This document shows, piece by piece, positions 17,995-25,419 of a stretch of DNA of 29,370 nucleotides. The notes under the pieces are model-generated. The model was not told where the DNA came from. It saw only the letters and a program-made list of their open reading frames with translations, and ran no database searches. Every line of letters begins with the position of its first letter. The stretch's first letter is position 1. Source of the stretch: a virus (Duplodnaviria > Caudoviricetes); IMG/VR virus record IMGVR_UViG_3300045557_000079, positions 1 through 29,370 of that record; one strand, written 5' to 3'. The position numbers and the translations under genes were made by a program.

Positions 17995-19704
17995 TCACTC
18001 CTCGTCAAACCACTCTTTGGACTTTTGGGTTTTTTCCATGTCAATCATCATCTGCTTTGTGGCGACCACATCAGCGTCAAACAGGTCAATTCTCTGGGTC
18101 TTTTGCACCTTTTGGAATTTCACAAAATCGTCGCTGTCTTCTATTGCCATGACATTTCCGATGCAGTATTCGTAGGCTTTGTTGTGGAGGTGGTAAAACT
18201 TCTTTTGCTTGATCTGTTTTTCAATCTCCCGGAAGGGCTCTGTCTTTTCCACATACCGCTGGGACTGGTCCCTCACCTTAAAGCCGCTGCTTTTCATTTT
18301 CGCGATAAACTCTCTGGAATAACGCCTGTCATAGCCGACCCACCGAATCCGAAAGCCCATCTCCCGCATGCTCTGAAACCACTTGACCACGTCGTCATAG
18401 TCGATGACCTCACTGTTACAAAGGGTCAGCCACCCCTGCTCTTGCCACCAGAAGAATGGAATATTATCTTCCGTCGCCTTAAGCTGCGCCATGACAACCG
18501 GGATAAAGCCGTGGGTGATGGCGATATCCACACCGTTATACCTTCCGTGAAGGGCGGTGCCGGAAAGGTCATGAAGCCTGGATAAATCCGCGCCCCCGTA
18601 CCATTTGATTGGCAGTTTCGCCAGCTCCTCTAGGGTCCAGCTATATGAATCATCTGATGCCTGGACTTCAAAAATATCAAAGTAGGTGCCTAAGACGTTG
18701 GTGTAGACATTTAAGGACTTATTCAAAAACTCGCTTCGGCCGCTGGGATCGTTTTGAGCCTGCAGGGCCTCGTCCATAATGTCCTGGGGCCGGATCGTGA
18801 CCCGGTAATTGGGATTTGCCTTTTCGTGCTCTATGGGGTTTGTGTAATCTTCCGGATGGTCCGCCATGCAGATAAAGATGAAATACTGATCGTCCGCAAC
18901 CGTACCCCGAAGGACGCTTTGACAATAAATGAGCCTCTGGTAGCAGAAACTGCTCATGTTCTCGCCTGCTGTGGTGATTCCAATCAGGAGCTTATTGATA
19001 TACGCCTTCATCGCCTGCTTATATACAAAGTATTCATTGGCGCTTTTGTATGCGTGCATTTCATCCAGGATGACAATGTTGGCGTTTAAGCCGTCAGCCC
19101 GTTTAGAATCGCTTGCCAGTGCCTGGATTTTCATGGCGCCGGTCTTTTCCCCTTTGCTGCCATAAAAGACCCTGCTGATGCTGTGCTCCGAGTTATTATC
19201 CAGGACCTTGAAGTTACTCCGCTCCCCCATGTACTCGATGTTTTCCCGAATATTTTCAAAAGCCTCAAGTGCCCTATCAAGCTTCGTCGCTATGATATAT
19301 AGGACCGAGTAGTACTTCCGGTCAAGCAGCGACAGCGCCCAGGCAAGGGCGGAAGCGAACAGGGTCTTGCTGTTTTTCCTGGGAATAAAAATAAAGGCCT
19401 CTTTAAAGCGCCTCTCGTTAGTGTCTTTCAAATAAAAGCCCGCGATGTTATAGCAGACGAATTTCTCCCAGGGCTCAAGCAGAAACGGCTTTCCCCTGGC
19501 CGGCCCTTTGATATGCACAAAGGTTTTTTCAATGATCCGTACAACAAACTCCGCGTCACTTGGCCGAAAGTCCCACTTGTCGTTTTCAAGATCAGAAAGA
19601 AAGCGCTGGCAGGAAAGCACCCTATCTTCGTTGGCGATGATATCCCCTGAGATAACTCCCGCAGCGTAGCCCATCACTTCATCAAAGTGTATGCTCCTAC
19701 TCAC
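17995..19704 (-). CDS. terL: terminase large subunit
   Basis: 'LEPWEKF', Walker A 'IPRKNSKT', Walker B 'ILDEMH', 'ITTAG', nuclease 'GADLS', 'RID'. Start at GTG 19704 (SD GGAGG). Confidence 0.95.
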   Translation of the reverse strand: MSRSIHFDEVMGYAAGVISGDIIANEDRVLSCQRFLSDLENDKWDFRPSDAEFVVRIIEKTFVHIKGPARGKPFLLEPWEKFVCYNIAGFYLKDTNERRFKEAFIFIPRKNSKTLFASALAWALSLLDRKYYSVLYIIATKLDRALEAFENIRENIEYMGERSNFKVLDNNSEHSISRVFYGSKGEKTGAMKIQALASDSKRADGLNANIVILDEMHAYKSANEYFVYKQAMKAYINKLLIGITTAGENMSSFCYQRLIYCQSVLRGTVADDQYFIFICMADHPEDYTNPIEHEKANPNYRVTIRPQDIMDEALQAQNDPSGRSEFLNKSLNVYTNVLGTYFDIFEVQASDDSYSWTLEELAKLPIKWYGGADLSRLHDLSGTALHGRYNGVDIAITHGFIPVVMAQLKATEDNIPFFWWQEQGWLTLCNSEVIDYDDVVKWFQSMREMGFRIRWVGYDRRYSREFIAKMKSSGFKVRDQSQRYVEKTEPFREIEKQIKQKKFYHLHNKAYEYCIGNVMAIEDSDDFVKFQKVQKTQRIDLFDADVVATKQMMIDMEKTQKSKEWFDEE

Positions 19705-20071
19705 GACGAATAGCCTCCATGACTTCATCCAGTTTGGATAGTTTGGCCGGCTGCGCATTTCCCTCTTGGTTGATTCGTTTTAGGCCTGCAGGGGTAAGGC
19801 CCAGCTCTCTTGAGTAAGTGATAATGTCGTCTCTTAGTTTTTCGATTGCCAGGTACAGGGGGTTTTTCACTGCGTTGGTGGAGCCGTTTTTGTTGGTGTG
19901 CCTTACGATGATGTTCCCTCCGGTTGCTTGAAACTGCCCCGTTGTCTTTTCGTAGTCTGCAAGGACCTTGGCAAGGGTGTCGATGGTGTAGATAAAGCTG
20001 ATGTTGTAAGTCCCGACATTTTTCATTTTCTTTATGATTTCTTTTTTGTAACCTGCTGCCTCTTTATCCAC
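19697..20071 (-). CDS. terS: terminase small subunit (P27 family)
   Basis: 'HTNKNGSTNAVKNP', 'ELGLTPAGLKRI'. Start at GTG 20071 (SD GGAGG). Overlaps terL. Confidence 0.9.
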   Translation of the reverse strand: MDKEAAGYKKEIIKKMKNVGTYNISFIYTIDTLAKVLADYEKTTGQFQATGGNIIVRHTNKNGSTNAVKNPLYLAIEKLRDDIITYSRELGLTPAGLKRINQEGNAQPAKLSKLDEVMEAIRRE

Positions 20072-20097
20072 CCGCCGCCCCTCCTTTCCTTGCAACG

Positions 20098-20122
20098 AAA
20101 AAAGGACCTGTTACAGTCCTTA
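20098..20122 (-). terminator. intrinsic terminator between the DUF6329-like gene and terS
   Basis: Minus strand AAGGAC-tgtaacag-GTCCTT-TTTT. Confidence 0.6.
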
Positions 20123-20137
20123 TTGGTTTTCTATTTT

Positions 20138-20452
20138 TTAGTCTTCCAGATAAGCCGCGTATCTAGCGTATTCGTAGCCTTCGCTTTCAATCAGAATGCC
20201 GCTTCCCCTCCCCTGCTCCTTCACAAGGATGCAGTGGCGGATGCCGCTTTTATCCACCCGCATCAACTCCATATTTTCCTTGATGAAATCCTGATCGGCA
20301 AAGAGGTCACCCGCAAAGCTTTCAAATTCAGCCCTGCCAAGTTCAATGGTTTTTTCAATCACAAACCAGCTTCTTTGTTTTGCGGCTTTATCCCAGCGGA
20401 TGAGTTCTTCGATATGGCCGGGCTTTCTTATAAAGGCAGCGTTTTTCATCAT
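20138..20452 (-). CDS. DUF6329-like protein
   Basis: 'FIRKP', 'IEKTIEL', 'DFIKENMELM..D..G.RHCILV', 'GILIESEGYEYARYAA'. Confidence 0.65.
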   Translation of the reverse strand: MMKNAAFIRKPGHIEELIRWDKAAKQRSWFVIEKTIELGRAEFESFAGDLFADQDFIKENMELMRVDKSGIRHCILVKEQGRGSGILIESEGYEYARYAAYLED

Positions 20453-20673
20453 TTTTCTTCCACCTTTCTGTAGTGGTCAATCCCATAAACAAGGCCAAGG
20501 GAGGATCCTTTTTCCCAGGAAACAAAGATGGTTCCGGTATCGTCGATGCCGGTGACTGTTCCCTGATCTCCCGAGAGCAGCGCCGTGTACGGGTCATTCA
20601 TGGACAGGAGCTCTACTCGCGTTCCCGCTGGATATCGTTTCCTTAGGCCCTCTAGGGCAGTTGATGTAATCAT
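20449..20673 (-). CDS. DUF4314-like small protein
   Basis: 'RYPAGTRVELLSMNDPY..L..GDQGTV..IDDTGTI.VSW..GSSLGL..G.D'. Start ATG 20673 (SD AAGGAG). Confidence 0.85.
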   Translation of the reverse strand: MITSTALEGLRKRYPAGTRVELLSMNDPYTALLSGDQGTVTGIDDTGTIFVSWEKGSSLGLVYGIDHYRKVEEK

Positions 20674-20704
20674 GCGGTTTTCTCCTTCTGCTTTTCGTAC
20701 TACC

Positions 20705-20733
20705 ATGTACCCTCTAAAGCCTTAAAAAGTCAA
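20705..20733 (-). promoter_or_regulatory. putative internal promoter for DUF4314-DUF6329
   Basis: Minus strand TTGACT followed by a poor -10 (GTACAT/TACATG) in the gap after the methylase stop. Confidence 0.35.
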
Positions 20734-20739
20734 GAGAAT

Positions 20740-21933
20740 TCAGTCCACTAGCTCCGCCTTTTCCCCGGTGAGTTCTTCCCACCTTCGAATGATGACGTCG
20801 CAGTATTTTGGATCAAGTTCCATCATAAAGCATCTTCTTCCGGTCTTCTCCGCAGCAATTAGGGTGGTCCCGGATCCGCCAAAAAGGTCTAAGATATTGC
20901 TCCCAGGCCCAGAGCTGTTTTTGATCGCACGGGCCACAAGCTCAATAGGTTTCATGGTGGGATGCTCATCGCTCTTTGACGGCCGATCAAAATCCCAGAC
21001 ATCGCTTTGCTTACGATCCTGCAGAGGGAAGTTTCTTGGCGCCCCATCTTTCCAGCCGTACCAAATGGGTTCGTACTTGGTATGATAGTCTTTCCGGGAT
21101 AATACCAGCCGGTCCTTATTCCAGATGATCGTTGAAGACCAGTGGTAATCATTATCCGATAAGGCAAGCATGACGTTCCCCCATTCCTGGGCCGACATCA
21201 CTACATAGGTCATAGCCCCAGGCTCAGACGCCTTGCTCATGCAGGAGAAAGCCTGCTCCATAAACTCCCTGAAATCCTCCGTGTCCATAGAGTCATTCAT
21301 GATTGTCCTGGGCTTATACCCTTGGGCATTCTTTTCTTCCACCGCGCCGTAATTCACATTCCAGGGCGGATCGGTAAAGACCATGCAGGCCAGCTCTCCC
21401 CCCATCAGTTTCTCCACATCTTCCCGCTTGGTGCTGTCTCCGCAAAGGAGCTTATGATTTCCAAGCTTCCAAGTCTGTCCGAGCTTCGTAAAGGGCTCAT
21501 ACCCGTCTCCTTCAATTTCAGCAATGGCCTCGTCTGCATCAAAGTCATCTTCGGTAATCTCCCCCATCCTCTCAAATCCAAAAGGGAGCATATCAAAGTC
21601 AAATGCCTCAAGACCCGCAAGCTCGACTGCTAAAAGATCCATATCCCACTCTGCAAACTCGGCGGTCTTGTTATCTGCAAGCCGGTAAGCCTTTACCTGT
21701 TCTTCACTCAGATCTGCTGCAAAAAGCACAGGCACTTCCTTCAGGCCTAGCTTTTCTGCAGCTTTGAGTCTGGTATGGCCTACGATAATAACGCCGTCCT
21801 TATCTGCGACAATGGGCTGCTGAAAGCCAAATTCCGCAAGGCTGGCCGCTACTTTCTCCACCGCTTTTTCATTGATTCTTGGGTTGTTTTCGTATGGTTT
21901 TAGCTTGGAAATGGCTGTATTTTCAACCTTCAT
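20740..21933 (-). CDS. ParB/Srx N-terminal domain fused to N4/N6 DNA methyltransferase
   Basis: 'LKPYENNPR', 'FGFQQPIV', 'GHTRLKAA', 'RLADNK'; MTase motifs 'FTDPPW', 'HPTMKP', 'DLFGGSGTT', 'ELDPKYCDVI'. Confidence 0.92.
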   Translation of the reverse strand: MKVENTAISKLKPYENNPRINEKAVEKVAASLAEFGFQQPIVADKDGVIIVGHTRLKAAEKLGLKEVPVLFAADLSEEQVKAYRLADNKTAEFAEWDMDLLAVELAGLEAFDFDMLPFGFERMGEITEDDFDADEAIAEIEGDGYEPFTKLGQTWKLGNHKLLCGDSTKREDVEKLMGGELACMVFTDPPWNVNYGAVEEKNAQGYKPRTIMNDSMDTEDFREFMEQAFSCMSKASEPGAMTYVVMSAQEWGNVMLALSDNDYHWSSTIIWNKDRLVLSRKDYHTKYEPIWYGWKDGAPRNFPLQDRKQSDVWDFDRPSKSDEHPTMKPIELVARAIKNSSGPGSNILDLFGGSGTTLIAAEKTGRRCFMMELDPKYCDVIIRRWEELTGEKAELVD

Positions 21934-21959
21934 GGTATTTCCCCCTTTTTCTAAAAATG

Positions 21960-22030
21960 CCGCGTAGTCGGAAGAGCAAACCCCCGCCAGTCATTTTTCG
22001 TTGAAATTCCAACGTTTTATAGGGGGGGTA
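21960..22030 (-). other. putative cos (packaging) region
   Basis: Between HNH and the packaging genes. Minus strand C7 run, short inverted repeat (CGTTG..CAACG, 21999-22014), then ACTGGCGGGGG (21991-21981), a layout typical of HNH-assisted cos phages. Confidence 0.55.
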
Positions 22031-22051
22031 TGATTTTTCTATCCGTTTATC

Positions 22052-22080
22052 TTGATATTTTTTCGTAAATGCTGTACAAT
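22052..22080 (+). promoter_or_regulatory. sigmaA promoter for RNA unit 1
   Basis: TTGATA(22052)-17 nt-TACAAT(22075). Confidence 0.75.
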
Positions 22081-22087
22081 TATATTT

Positions 22088-22198
22088 GAACCAATTATGG
22101 GCAATTGGAGCCTATGGCTCCTCTCCCAGTATGCGGTTCCGACATCATCCACATTGTTGACCAATTGGAGGTCAGGAATCACTGAGATGGTGTTTTTT
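22088..22198 (+). ncRNA. putative structured small RNA, unit 1 (~110 nt)
   Basis: Starts ~7 nt after the -10. Two nested-stem domains, ends in a stem + T6, no SD-led ORF. Confidence 0.6.
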
Positions 22199-22200
22199 AT

Positions 22201-22229
22201 TTGACAGCTTTAAACGGCTGTGATATATT
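22201..22229 (+). promoter_or_regulatory. strong sigmaA promoter for RNA unit 2
   Basis: Consensus TTGACA(22201)-17 nt-TATATT(22224) with extended -10 TG at 22221. Confidence 0.8.
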
Positions 22230-22235
22230 TGCATC

Positions 22236-22315
22236 AGATAAGGCGCCCCCTAACTTGAAAACCCACATTTTGCTTATGTAAATTGGTCGGGATGATTGGG
22301 GGGTCTTGTTTTTTT
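22236..22315 (+). ncRNA. putative structured small RNA, unit 2 (~80 nt)
   Basis: 5' AGATAAGGCGCCCCCTAA pairs with 3' TTGGGGGGTCTTGTTT to form one long irregular hairpin ending in T7. Confidence 0.6.
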
Positions 22316-22583
22316 ATTGTCCTCGTTTCATAACCCTTTGGCATCTCAAGCTCTTCGTTCCCTTCTCAGGATGAGCCTTGGCATGGCAGGCAGCGCAAAG
22401 ACTCTCAAGATTGCTGCTGATATAGCCAAGCTCCGGATATTCTTCAACCGGCTTGATATGATGGACGATGGTGGCCTCTGTGATTCGTCCATATTTCTTG
22501 CACTCGACGCACCGGTAGTTATCCCGGGCCAGGATTGCCGCACGTTTCTTTCTCCACCTGGTGCTTTTATATATATCAGCCAT
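22314..22583 (-). CDS. HNH endonuclease (terminase-associated, HK97 gp74-like)
   Basis: 'RDNYRCVEC', 'ATIVHHIKP', 'NLESLCAACHAKAH'; upstream of cos/terminase. Confidence 0.92.
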   Translation of the reverse strand: MADIYKSTRWRKKRAAILARDNYRCVECKKYGRITEATIVHHIKPVEEYPELGYISSNLESLCAACHAKAHPEKGTKSLRCQRVMKRGQ

Positions 22584-22704
22584 GGACTTCCCTCAGGGCC
22601 TTTCTCCCACAGGCAGCGCAATATCCTTTGCTACCTTCGCCTCTTGTGATGATAATCCTGACATCCTTTCCGCATTTGCAGCATCTTTTTGGTTTCTTTT
22701 TCAT
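22576..22704 (-). CDS. 42-aa basic zinc-ribbon-like protein (MKKKPKRCCKCGKDVRIIITRGEGSKGYCAACGRKALREVHG)
   Basis: Hand-translated and absent from the track. SD GAGG, CxxC..CxxC, overlaps the HNH start by 8 nt. Confidence 0.65.
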   Translation of the reverse strand: MKKKPKRCCKCGKDVRIIITRGEGSKGYCAACGRKALREVHG

Positions 22705-22719
22705 GGGTTTTCCTCAACG

Positions 22720-22744
22720 AAAAAACCGCCATTTCTGACGGTCT
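22720..22744 (-). terminator. terminator-like hairpin in the late leader
   Basis: Minus strand GACCGTCA-GAAA-TGGCGGTT-TTTT. Confidence 0.65.
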
Positions 22745-22785
22745 GTTCGGGTTTCTCTATCTCTTTAATAGTTTCCTATGCTATC

Positions 22786-22794
22786 ATAATAACA
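22786..22794 (-). promoter_or_regulatory. putative late promoter (extended -10, activator-dependent)
   Basis: TG-T-TATTAT without a good -35, directly downstream of the late activator gene. Confidence 0.55.
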
Positions 22795-22847
22795 CATTAT
22801 TTTTGGAATTATGATGCATCTTTGTTTTTGGAGAGTTTTTTTAGGTG

Positions 22848-23216
22848 TCAGATTAAAAGCAGTTTTTCCGCCAAGTGCCTGATTATCTTCGCTTTCCACC
22901 GGACGAAGGTGACCCGGTGAGCGTAGTCCGGATAGGGCGTGCGCTTAACGATGTTGTCCCTGATTGCTTGCCGGTATTCTTCCGGCACCCTGCCAAAGGC
23001 CTCATCCACTGCATTGAGTTTCATGGACATTAAGGCACGCTGAACGGCCGCCCGCTCCGTTGGGTTTCCCGGGCTATTCGCCCGGGGCATTCCAGTAAGA
23101 GCAGATTGATTCCCACATATCAGGCTCTCGTACTCCTCCCTGGCTCTGTCATAATCCCTTATGATTAAAATGCACTCCCGCCAGATTTCTTCCGGTATGG
23201 CGCTTACTCTTCCCAT
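22848..23216 (-). CDS. late transcriptional activator (RinA/ArpU-like)
   Basis: Last early gene; 'IIRDY', 'GMPRANSPGNPTERAA', 'AVDEAF..VPEEYRQ', C-terminal HTH-like 'RVTFVRWK'. Confidence 0.7.
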   Translation of the reverse strand: MGRVSAIPEEIWRECILIIRDYDRAREEYESLICGNQSALTGMPRANSPGNPTERAAVQRALMSMKLNAVDEAFGRVPEEYRQAIRDNIVKRTPYPDYAHRVTFVRWKAKIIRHLAEKLLLI

Positions 23217-23235
23217 AGCTTTCTGTCACTCCCCG

Positions 23236-23589
23236 TCATAACATGTCTCTCAGCTTTTGCCTTAGTTCCTCAATTTTCATCTGCCGCTCTTCTTCACTCA
23301 GGTAATCCGGTTCATGATCAGGAAGCTGCGGAGCAAGTCCTTTATTCATCCGTTGGTTTCGCATTACCACATCAAGATTTCGTTTCAGACCAGCCGGCGT
23401 GGGATTTTTTTCTATCTCCAGCATGTATTGCTTTAGCGCTGACAGAATGGCATTCACATCGTATTGATGAAATAGGTCAAAGTATAAAAGCGCCACTTTT
23501 TTCAATTCGTCTTTGGTCATAAAAGCAAAGGTGTTTGGATATCCGGCACGCAATAGCTCCAAGACTTTTTCCGTTTCACTCATCTTCAT
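23236..23589 (-). CDS. replicative helicase loader/inhibitor (G39P-like)
   Basis: Follows the initiator; 'KVLELLRAGYPN', 'ALKQY', 'PTPAGL'. Confidence 0.65.
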   Translation of the reverse strand: MKMSETEKVLELLRAGYPNTFAFMTKDELKKVALLYFDLFHQYDVNAILSALKQYMLEIEKNPTPAGLKRNLDVVMRNQRMNKGLAPQLPDHEPDYLSEEERQMKIEELRQKLRDML

Positions 23590-24283
23590 ATTCGCTTAGT
23601 ATCCCGATAAATGATCGGTCCTCTCCTTTCTCCTGTTTTTTGGGGTAAACACTTGCCCAGCCTTTTTCCGTGGATTCCTCAAGTAGTGCAATGCATTCTT
23701 CAGTGTTTCCTCCAGTAAGGGTATTGAGCTTTTTAAGCAGCAGCTCCCTTGCCCTCTCTGTCATGGGGTTTCGCTTTTTCTTTCTCATCTCTTCGAAATC
23801 CAAAAGGGCAGATACCAAAGCCGGCGGCAGCTCGGCATATATATTCTTTTCATTCTTTACATTCTTTCTTTCTTTACATTCTTGTAATGTGGTCACTTGC
23901 CGGTCACTTGCCGGTCGGTTGCCGGTCACTTGCTGGCTGTTTTGCCGGTCATCATATTGGTACTTAGACCAGTTAACGATTGTAATCAGTGAACCTTTGG
24001 CGCCTCTTTGCCGGTCAATTTGCCGGTCATTTTCGAACGCATCCAGCACTCTTCTTGCTTTGCTCTCTGAAATGCTCAATTTCTCTGCAATGATTTTTCG
24101 CCCGGTAATAAGCTGCCCAGGCTCTAATGTCACTTTCTCCCCATTAAACAATTTGCTTCGCTCCTTGTGGGTCGCTTCAAGCAAGAGATAGGTCCATATG
24201 GCAAGATGGTCAGCGTCTTTGCAGGTAACCGGGTTATTTAGCATAGCGCGATACATTTTAATAAACCCATTGCCCTCTGACAT
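23576..24283 (-). CDS. phage replication initiator (replisome organiser)
   Basis: 'GFIKMYRAML', 'IWTYLLLEATHK', 'LEPGQLITGRK', 'LITIVNWSKYQ'; internal iterons. Start ATG 24283 (SD AAGGAG). Confidence 0.85.
   Translation of the reverse strand: MSEGNGFIKMYRAMLNNPVTCKDADHLAIWTYLLLEATHKERSKLFNGEKVTLEPGQLITGRKIIAEKLSISESKARRVLDAFENDRQIDRQRGAKGSLITIVNWSKYQYDDRQNSQQVTGNRPASDRQVTTLQECKERKNVKNEKNIYAELPPALVSALLDFEEMRKKKRNPMTERARELLLKKLNTLTGGNTEECIALLEESTEKGWASVYPKKQEKGEDRSFIGILSEYEDE
23838..24030. repeat. replication origin: TTGCCGGTC(A) iterons plus adjacent AT-rich tract
   Basis: TTGCCGGTC at 23897, 23908, 23919, 23942, 24008, 24020, a degenerate copy at 23930 (11-bp period), and an AT-rich TCTTTACATTCTT repeat at ~23838-23887. 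Confidence 0.85.
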
Positions 24284-24285
24284 AT

Positions 24286-24846
24286 TCAAGTCTCCTTTAC
24301 AGGTTCGTGCTTTCCGCTCTCCAGATATTCTTTTAACTCGTAATATAAAATGTCTTTGATCAGTTTTCCGGTTGTCTCTTTTTTGCACAACCGAAGCTGA
24401 AGGTTGTATCTTGAAGACCATGCATGAAGGGATGAGGTCATGGCCTTTGGGCTTAGTTTGCAGCGAAACTTCTCTCCGCTTCCGTACCGGCCGGCATAGA
24501 TTTTTTCCCAGGATTCATCTTCCACTACAAGGTACAATCTGGCACCGGCTTCCTTGGCCCGCTCAAACTCCCGGACAAACCGCCCTCTCTCCCTGCCAAA
24601 GCATAGCCCCAGCTCATTGGCGTCCATCTTTCGCTCTATCGCTACCATGTGGTCCATTTTCTCTGTAACACCGGACAGATTGGTAAAAGCGCAGGAATAA
24701 TCCCCGAAGTCGAGTTTGTCGCGCTCAAAGGGGCAGCAAAACCCCTCTGAACGTTTCTCAAACTCCCGGCCCGGATGCTCCCTTGTGTCTACCAAAATGA
24801 TCATGGAATCCAGCATTTGGTTTACTTCAAGAGGTGCGTACTCCAT
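24286..24846 (-). CDS. ERCC4-domain nuclease
   Basis: 'ILVDTREH', 'KLDFGDYS', 'IERK', 'RFVREFERA', 'LYLVVE'. Confidence 0.88.
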   Translation of the reverse strand: MEYAPLEVNQMLDSMIILVDTREHPGREFEKRSEGFCCPFERDKLDFGDYSCAFTNLSGVTEKMDHMVAIERKMDANELGLCFGRERGRFVREFERAKEAGARLYLVVEDESWEKIYAGRYGSGEKFRCKLSPKAMTSSLHAWSSRYNLQLRLCKKETTGKLIKDILYYELKEYLESGKHEPVKET

Positions 24847-24855
24847 GGCCGCCAC

Positions 24856-25419
24856 CTAAAGGAAAGGGATGTCTTCATCCCTAACTGGGCCGTACTCCGG
24901 ATAGGTCTCCGCTTTTCGCTGCAGCATCTTTGGTTCCGGCATTTTGAAGTTACCACTGCGGACTTTTTCAAGATCCATGAATTTAAAACACTCCGTGAAA
25001 AATCCGCTCTTGCCTTCAAACTCGTACTCCTTGTCCCGAAAGAGTGCGCCGCATACCAGGCCTTTGAGGGAGTTTTCATCCCAGTCCCAACGGTAGCCGC
25101 TGTTGCTGTCTTCCAGGGCCAGCATATTTGTTTTGAGGCTTCGAAGGGTCCAGTTGTCCTGCTCAGTGCCATCCTCCTTGGGAAGGTTTACCCGGAGGTT
25201 TCCCTTCCACTTCCGATCTTCCTGGGTCTGTGCAAGGTAGCTCTCCTTGAAAAACTCCTTATGTTCTCCTTCTGAAATGTCAAACTGAATGATCAGGACG
25301 TCCCCCCAATCCATGCTTTCCACCTTTGCCGCCTTGATTAAAATGGGGTAACCCCCTGCCGGCAGCCTCTCCTGGTCTGTGTAGGGCTTTGCCTCCTTGT
25401 AGCCTTTTGGTTCTCTCAT
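24856..25419 (-). CDS. putative single-stranded DNA-binding protein (DUF669-like)
   Basis: Follows the Sak4-like gene; 'LPAGGY..I'; acidic 'DEDIPF' C-terminal tail. Confidence 0.7.
   Translation of the reverse strand: MREPKGYKEAKPYTDQERLPAGGYPILIKAAKVESMDWGDVLIIQFDISEGEHKEFFKESYLAQTQEDRKWKGNLRVNLPKEDGTEQDNWTLRSLKTNMLALEDSNSGYRWDWDENSLKGLVCGALFRDKEYEFEGKSGFFTECFKFMDLEKVRSGNFKMPEPKMLQRKAETYPEYGPVRDEDIPFL

Noticed and set aside
22089-22180. CRISPR mini-array or ToxI-like tandem repeat suggested by the 60-nt spacing of CAATTGGAG
   Set aside because: Only 9 nt are identical and there are two copies; the flanks do not align as true repeats.
22097-22204. 35-aa ORF (MGNWSLWLLSQYAVPTSSTLLTNWRSGITEMVFFI) across RNA unit 1
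   Set aside because: No SD, and its stop lies beyond the U-tract inside the next promoter's -35, so the predicted transcript would lack a stop. Not fully excluded.
16806-24421. Longest-ORF starts in the track for portal, terL, terS, DUF4314 and the initiator
   Set aside because: Downstream starts have clear SD sequences and avoid long overlaps, so coordinates were adjusted.
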